Assembly: GCA_032718475.1 (NCBI GenBank)
Contig: JAUCBJ010002908.1
Span: 1-41,590, forward strand
DNA length: 41,590 nt
From: Nemertoderma westbladi
Lineage: Eukaryota; Animalia; Xenacoelomorpha
Reading direction: 5' to 3'
Part shown: piece by piece, positions 35,795-41,590 of the stretch
How the letters are laid out: each line of letters begins with the position of its first letter
Numbering within the stretch: the stretch's first letter is position 1
Program-made: the position numbers and the translations under genes
The notes under the pieces: model-generated
What the model was told of the DNA's origin: nothing
Database searches by the model: none
Seen by the model: only the letters and a program-made list of their open reading frames with translations

Positions 35795-37092
35795 CCTAAA
35801 GGGCGCAGTTCTGCGATGTCTGTGCAAGATCGCCGACCGCCCCTCGATCCCAGACAACGAACGCCAGCTCCTCTCTCTACCCATAAGGAACGGTGGTTTG
35901 GGTATCCCTCTCCCCTCAGACCTCACCAACCAGTTTGCGAACTCCTGCCGGGTCTGCGAACCGCTAGAGGGGGCGACAGCCGAGACCATGTCATACGTCA
36001 GGGGGGATCAGAACCATATCACTAATCTGATAAAGGCTGAATCCTTCGTGGCGTCTAAGACCAAAACAACAGAATGTCATGGTCGGCTGTCGGAGTCCCA
36101 ACAGAATCTGAGGGAGCTGGTGTCGGAGAAGGGGGCTTCAGCTTGGTTGAACTCAAAACCGGTCACCCTTCACAAAACTCACCTGTCTAAGGAAGAGTTC
36201 CGCGACGCTCTGTGTCTGCGCTACGGCTGGCAACCGAAGTCGCTCCCTTCTCGTTGTGTCTGTGGGGAACGATTTTCCCCTTCACACGTCCTGTCGTGCC
36301 CCACCGGGGGTTATCCCTCGATAAGGCACAACGAGATACGCGATTTCGTTGCCGACGCGCTAACCGAAGTAGCCCACAACGTCGCAGTAGAGCCAACACT
36401 CCAGCCTCTAACAGGTGAGGAGTTCACCCACAGATCCACCTCCACAGAAGATCAGGCGAGGTTGGACGTCTCTGTCAGCGGGTTCTGGGGTGGCCGGTAC
36501 GAGAAGACTTACTTCGACGTCTCGGTCTACAACCCTCTAGCGGCCACCAACGCAGCCATGACCACCGAGGGCGCTTATTCTCACCACGAGGCGCGGAAAC
36601 GCCTGAAGTACGAGGAGCGCATCCGAGAGGTCGAACTGTCGTCGTTTGTGCCTCTGATACTTTCAGCCTTTGGTGGTACCGCGCCAGCGATGCAACAGTT
36701 CGTTAAGCGTTTATCGCTTAAACTCTCGGATCGTCGCGACCTCAGCTACTCTGAGTGTATCTGCTGGACGCGGAGGAAGATAAGCTTCGCGCTTCTCCGC
36801 TCCAGTTTGATGTGTCTCCGTGGAGCGAGATCCGCCGCCAAACGCCCCGTTTATCATCAGGTGTCCGCAGACTCGATTCGCCTGACTAACGCTGATACCA
36901 ACACCGGCTAGACTGACTGTCAGTGTGGTAGTCATAGGCCTCTAAACAGGCCCTTCTTTCTTTATTTTTTTTTTTTTTATTATCGGTATCGGTGTAGGAA
37001 TTATTTATTTTGTTCTATTAATAAAGTACCTGTAAAAGAGTTATGCTGATATTGTGCAAATTATATAATAAACTAGTAACTTAAAAAAAAAA
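35795..37092 (+). mobile_element. 5'-truncated CRE-clade non-LTR retrotransposon (restriction-like endonuclease)
   Basis: Poly-A tail at 37083-37092 after AATAAA; 12-bp TSD CCTACTAACGGA at 35783-35794 and 37093-37104. Confidence 0.9.
35796..36911 (+). CDS. CRE-like RT thumb, CCHC zinc knuckle and REL endonuclease (partial ORF, open from the 5' junction)
   Basis: LSLPIRNGGLGI, GASAWL, EFRDALCLRYG, CVCG...HVLSC, RHNEIRD, RLDV..GFW...YFDV, E..KRLKY, FVPLI...GG; no stops. Confidence 0.9.
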   Translation, partial: LKGAVLRCLCKIADRPSIPDNERQLLSLPIRNGGLGIPLPSDLTNQFANSCRVCEPLEGATAETMSYVRGDQNHITNLIKAESFVASKTKTTECHGRLSESQQNLRELVSEKGASAWLNSKPVTLHKTHLSKEEFRDALCLRYGWQPKSLPSRCVCGERFSPSHVLSCPTGGYPSIRHNEIRDFVADALTEVAHNVAVEPTLQPLTGEEFTHRSTSTEDQARLDVSVSGFWGGRYEKTYFDVSVYNPLAATNAAMTTEGAYSHHEARKRLKYEERIREVELSSFVPLILSAFGGTAPAMQQFVKRLSLKLSDRRDLSYSECICWTRRKISFALLRSSLMCLRGARSAAKRPVYHQVSADSIRLTNADTNTG

Positions 37093-37820
37093 CCTACTAA
37101 CGGAGTGAATACTAGAGGTCTCGCTACGCGGACCTACTAACGGAGTGAATACTAGAGGTCTCGCTACGCGGACCTACTAACGGAGTGAATACTAGAGGTC
37201 TCGCTACGCGGACCTACTAACGGAGTGAATACTAGAGGTCTCGCTACGCGGACCTACTAACGGAGTGAATACTAGAGGTCTCGCTACGCGGACCTAATAA
37301 CGGAGTGAATACTAGAGGTCTCGCTACGCGGACCTAAACGGAGTGAATACTAGAGGTCTCGCTACGCGGACCTAATAACGGAGTGAATACTAGAGGTCTC
37401 GCTACGCGTACCTAATAACGGAGTGAATACTAGAGGTCTCGCTACGCGGACCTACTAACAGAGTTAATACTAGAGGTCTCGCTACGCGGACCTAATAACG
37501 GAGTGAATACTAGAGGTCTCGCTACGCGGACCTAATAACGGAGTGAATACTAGAGGTCTCGCTATGCGAACCTAATAACGGAGTGAATACTAGAGGTCTC
37601 GCTACGCGGACCTACTAACAGAGTGAATACTAGAGGTCTCGCTACACGGACCTACTAACAGAGTTAATACTAGAGGTCTCGCTACGCGGACCTAATAACG
37701 GAGTGAATACTAGAGGTCTCGCTACACGGACCTACTAACGGAGTGAATACTAGAGGGCTCGTTACGCGGACCTACTAACAGAGTGAATACTAGAGGTCTC
37801 GCTACGCGGACCTACTAACA
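37093..37820. repeat. 40-bp tandem array, right part (18 units plus partial)
   Basis: Same unit with few variants (ACTAA/AATAA, CGG/CAG, one 2-bp deletion). Confidence 0.97.
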
Positions 37821-38037
37821 CTACATACTACATACTGATACCACCAGAACCAGTATTATTAAATATTATAATTATACGAATTACAGGTATACTGACTGTT
37901 TCGAATTTCAAACAATTTTAGAATAAATTAAACGTTGAATTAGAGATGGATTTTTTCATTATCATATAGAAGTCCTTTGGAAGTTATCACCTATGAAGTA
38001 GATCCACGTGAAGAGTTGTGGAACTTTAGATCCCGTG

Positions 38038-38108
38038 CAGGGCTCCCACCACTGCGTTATTTTAACGCATCGCGCTATTTATCTTGTTGTGCACGGGTGG
38101 GAGCCCTG
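38038..38108. mobile_element. 71-bp hAT-type MITE
   Basis: TIR CAGGGCTCCCACC / GGTGGGAGCCCTG; 8-bp TSD ATCCCGTG at 38030-38037 and 38109-38116. Confidence 0.9.
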
Positions 38109-38792
38109 ATCCCGTGATTGTTAGTTGATATAATATAATTGATATTACTTTTTCACGCCGTTTATATTTCAGTTATTTGTTGATATGTTCAATACATCAT
38201 AATAATTCAATAATTGTACATTTATGTAATATAAGATTATTATTATTAGTATAAAATCACTACACAGAAACATAAATATACTGTGTAATAAAAGAACATA
38301 ATCGATAATAGTTTGGCCATCCAGCTGTCCATCACTTGAGTTTCAAGCAGTGTTTGCTGGTCCAAGTTGTATGTTACATGAAGAAACTTAGTGAGTACAA
38401 AAAAATAGAGAGGCGAAGATCATAACACCCTGATATTCCGGTACTTTAATTTGAAATATCCCAAATTGTACGAAACGGATGTTAATAAAAAAAAGTGAAT
38501 TTGAAACTTATTTTGGTTCAATTTATCATCAATTCACACAATCCGGATCCGGAGAAATGGGACCCAAAACGAGACGGGGGGGGGGGGGGGCGGGGGGTGG
38601 GGGGAACTGGATGCAAATCCCGTCTCGGGATTTCATTTCATGTTCAGTTTGTTTTATTGTAAAGCTATCGAAAGAGCACTATTGAATACAGATGTAATGT
38701 GATTTAATATGATACGCGATCCAGTTATGATGTGCGTGTCAACACTTTAAATAATACAAAATTGTGGATTATATTATAATGATATATACAAA

Positions 38793-39598
38793 TTACAAAA
38801 CGGTGACAACTTCCCCCAGTGCCTCTTTCCTCCGACAGTGATGTTTATGTTTCCCTTTGCTTCGATGCTTATGATTGTGTTCCTTTGCAACCTCAATCCT
38901 GTTGTTATGGCAACATTCGAGGTTGTGATTGAGTTCATTGTAAGTGCTACCAATGTGGTATGCGTTTCGGTTGTCGAAATTAACAGTACCGTAACCGGAG
39001 TTACCGTAACCACTGTTTCCTAACATAGTGTCAGTGTAGGGCCCAATATCCAAGTCGTATCGGGAAATCCTATCCAACTCGGTGTCAATGGAATGTCTAA
39101 CTTCGAGTTCGTTGTTATCAGACCTTATCTGCTGACAGCAGTAGTTATCCTCTACCGGTATGCCGGTGCGCTCGTATTCATCTTCCCATGTGTCGCTCCC
39201 CGGGCGGTACAACTGTAGCGGATTGGGCGATAGAAGCGGGTGCAGCGTATATGTCCGACTCGGTGGATCGTAGGTGTTCCGAACTGAATGAGGAACTTCT
39301 GTCGTCTGCGCTACCGGAGCCACCGGCGGGACAGGCAATGTGCTGCACAGATCGCACTGCACGTTCGCCTGACAACCCAGAATCTCACCGTTGGGAACCC
39401 GGCGTGGATTCTTGTCTGGGACGCAGTGCATTGCTATAGGAACCACAGGTCCAAGTTCGAACTCTTCCAGTACCGGTTGGGTCCGCCTGAGGGCCACCGG
39501 CATTAGGAAGAGTAAACAACTGGATGACATCAGCACCACACCGACTAGGAGAACTCCCGATTTGGGACAAACCTCTTCTAACGCATCCGATATGTAGT
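38793..39598 (-). CDS. Terminal coding exon of an unidentified membrane protein (TM segment, long cytoplasmic tail, C-terminal PDZ-binding-like VTVL)
   Basis: Strong acceptor TTTTTCTTTGTAG at 39599; ~800-nt open frame in a GC-richer island; hydrophobic GVLLVGVVLMSSSCLLFLMPVAL followed by RR; stop after EVVTVL. Confidence 0.7.
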
Positions 39599-39859
39599 CT
39601 ACAAAGAAAAAATATAATAATTCAGCATTATAATAGTCTCGATCTTGTTCTTTATTATTTTTATTGTTAAAAAAATTGATCTAATTTACCGAACAGCATA
39701 TCTCAGGAAATCCAACCAAGCACCTAACAGGTATAGATAGACTTTGTTGTTGACTTTGGTCTTAGGATTACTCTCGGAATTACGAATCACTAGAGGGTAC
39801 CCATCAATGGCTCATTGGAACAGGCTGCTTCTATAGTGTTTATGTTTGTCTTCTTGTTA

Positions 39860-40590
39860 TCTCAAGAAGACCATCATGTAGATTAGCATGCAGATGACTT
39901 GTTACTGTACTTTGGGATAATTTTAGATAATTCATTTTACTGTTACACGGCGATCGCCGTTACAGTAGTTACCCGGGATCGGAATGTCAGTTGGTGGATT
40001 AGAACTGTTGATGTTCTTTGCCACGTGATAATAATATATGATCATTGATCACGTGGCAGAGAACACCCTCTGACCCCCGGAGTTCCTGCGTAAACATCAT
40101 AGGATCATGGATCCGGAAGGCAGTGCTCCAGAACCAGTACCCCTATATGGGAATCCATGTTGGGCTAAAACTCTCAGTTTTAGCCCACCCCCAATGTCAA
40201 TGGTCAATTGATCATTGACATGATCAATGTTCATGTCAATTTAACATTGACAATGTGAACATTGTGAACATAAAATCTCTGGATGGCTTATACACAATAA
40301 TACTACGTCGGGTTCACTGTGTCAAGTCCAACAGACACATCTCCAACCAGGAACCAGGCACTATACAGCATTGGAGTACTGTCATTAGTCCCCCTAAGCC
40401 TGACACTTGAACAGAACCGCCTCAGCTTTGTAAGACCTTGCTTTCACCGTTAGGTGTGCGGGCAGTCCGTGCACGTGGGCAGCCCATGTCTTTCTTGGGA
40501 CGTCACTTAAATAACTCCGGGCTTGAAGATGCTGATATTCTCGAGTTATGATTGGTTGATTGAAGTTATGGCTGTCAGCTCAAACGTGAA
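39860..40590 (+). mobile_element. Old, degraded RTE-clade fragment
   Basis: GCAGATGACTT (ADDL), GGATCATGGATCCGGAAG (GSWIRK) and 40300-40590 similar to the RTE 3' ends at 7600-7900. Confidence 0.7.
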
Positions 40591-41287
40591 CCCTCTAACT
40601 TGTTTTCAATATATTTTTACACCTGTAATCTTTCAAGTGTAAATACCAGAATACGAATATTATACAAGTAAATCGTTTAAAGACGAGGAAAAATACAATA
40701 AAGTTCGAACTCCTTATCTCAATATCGCAATGCAAAAAGAGAAAAACAAATGGGTTTTTCAGGAAGGATGTGATTGCATCCACCGATTGTGCACATACAT
40801 TGCATACACATACACACAATGGTTTTCAATCTAAAATGAGACAACCATAAAACCGGTACCATTCGACTTTTAGTGTCTTATCTCTTATTTCCAAAATCAA
40901 GAACTGATAATTCTTGATTCTCAAGTAAGAACTGACGTTTTTCACCGCGGTAATCCCAAGGTTCCTATGATAATGCGTTCACCGTCACAATGGATAAATA
41001 ATATATTAGCTGCAAAACAAAAACAATCTTCCAAACATTTCAAATTTGTTAATTGAAAGGGACTAAAATACAATTAAAAATACACTACAAATTAGTGACT
41101 AGTGTGTGACATATATATACTTGCAACTCGGACCCCTCCCTCTACTCTAATTTAAAATTTTCTTCAAAAATGTGTAGATTTAAATATAACTCATTTTTTT
41201 TTATGCACGCCATTAACAAACAAAGATTAAAAAGTCATTGTGTGCATTGATAATGTATGCCCTAAAAGTAAAAGGTAATATATGCCC

Positions 41288-41590
41288 AGAGGCGTAGCGA
41301 GCCCTTCTGGCGCCCAGGGGAATGACGCTGAGATGCCAACAGTATAGCAGTAGGCCCTATACTGTATAACTATATCAAATCTATTTTACACAAGTTTGAT
41401 ATAGTGCACTTATAACATACTGCACAACATACTACATACGGTACTGTAGAATAGCGAGATAATTTTGCCACGTTTTCGCTTATGACACATGTCCTGTAAA
41501 TACTGTATCACTATCCTTGACATTTTCACTGATTTGTCCTATTTTTACAAGAATTCCCTGACATTTCAGCGCCCCTGGGCGAGTGCGCCC
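41288..41590. mobile_element. Probable hAT-like MITE running off the window end
   Basis: Starts CAGAGGCGTAGCG...GGCGCCCAGGGG; the window ends in a matching GC-rich GCGCCCCTGGGCG..GCGCCC. Confidence 0.45.

Larger units (their letters stand above)
35347..37820 (-). mobile_element. Helentron-type (HINE/DINE-1-like) element with one terminus amplified into a 40-bp tandem array
   Basis: On -, the 3' end reads subTIR ACGCGGACCT, hairpin GCGCGATTTCGCGC, TTGTT; the other subTIR plus IR (AGGTCCGCGTAGCGAGACCT) is present in every array unit. Confidence 0.7.

Noticed and set aside
35543-37820. CRISPR array
   Set aside because: Units are head-to-tail with no unique spacers, there are no cas genes, and the context is eukaryotic.

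Overview
AT-rich eukaryotic (invertebrate animal-like) genomic DNA, not prokaryotic. One complete intron-containing host gene that the ORF track misses: a TMEM184A/B-like (Solute_trans_a/OST-alpha family) gene with 8 coding exons on + from 16768 to 28661, about 395 aa. The last coding exon of a convergent, unidentified membrane-protein gene lies on - (38793-39598). Almost everything else is transposon-derived and often nested: the 3' end of a BEL/Pao LTR element, a CR1 remnant, several RTE-clade LINE copies, a piggyBac element holding two further layers of TIR elements, a Penelope-like element with inverted pLTRs and a hammerhead-like motif, many MITEs with readable TSDs (hAT-, MULE- and Harbinger-like), tRNA-derived SINEs and Helentron-type (HINE/DINE-1-like) elements. 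Most notable: (1) an apparently young CRE-clade (restriction-like endonuclease) retrotransposon inserted with a 12-bp TSD into a 40-bp tandem array that is itself an amplified Helentron terminus; (2) a conserved ~60-bp core (AGGGAAAGGAACAGGTTACA...CTAACCAAAACAATAAAC) shared by several MULE-like elements whose TIRs are unrelated. All calls were made by eye; no database searches were run.
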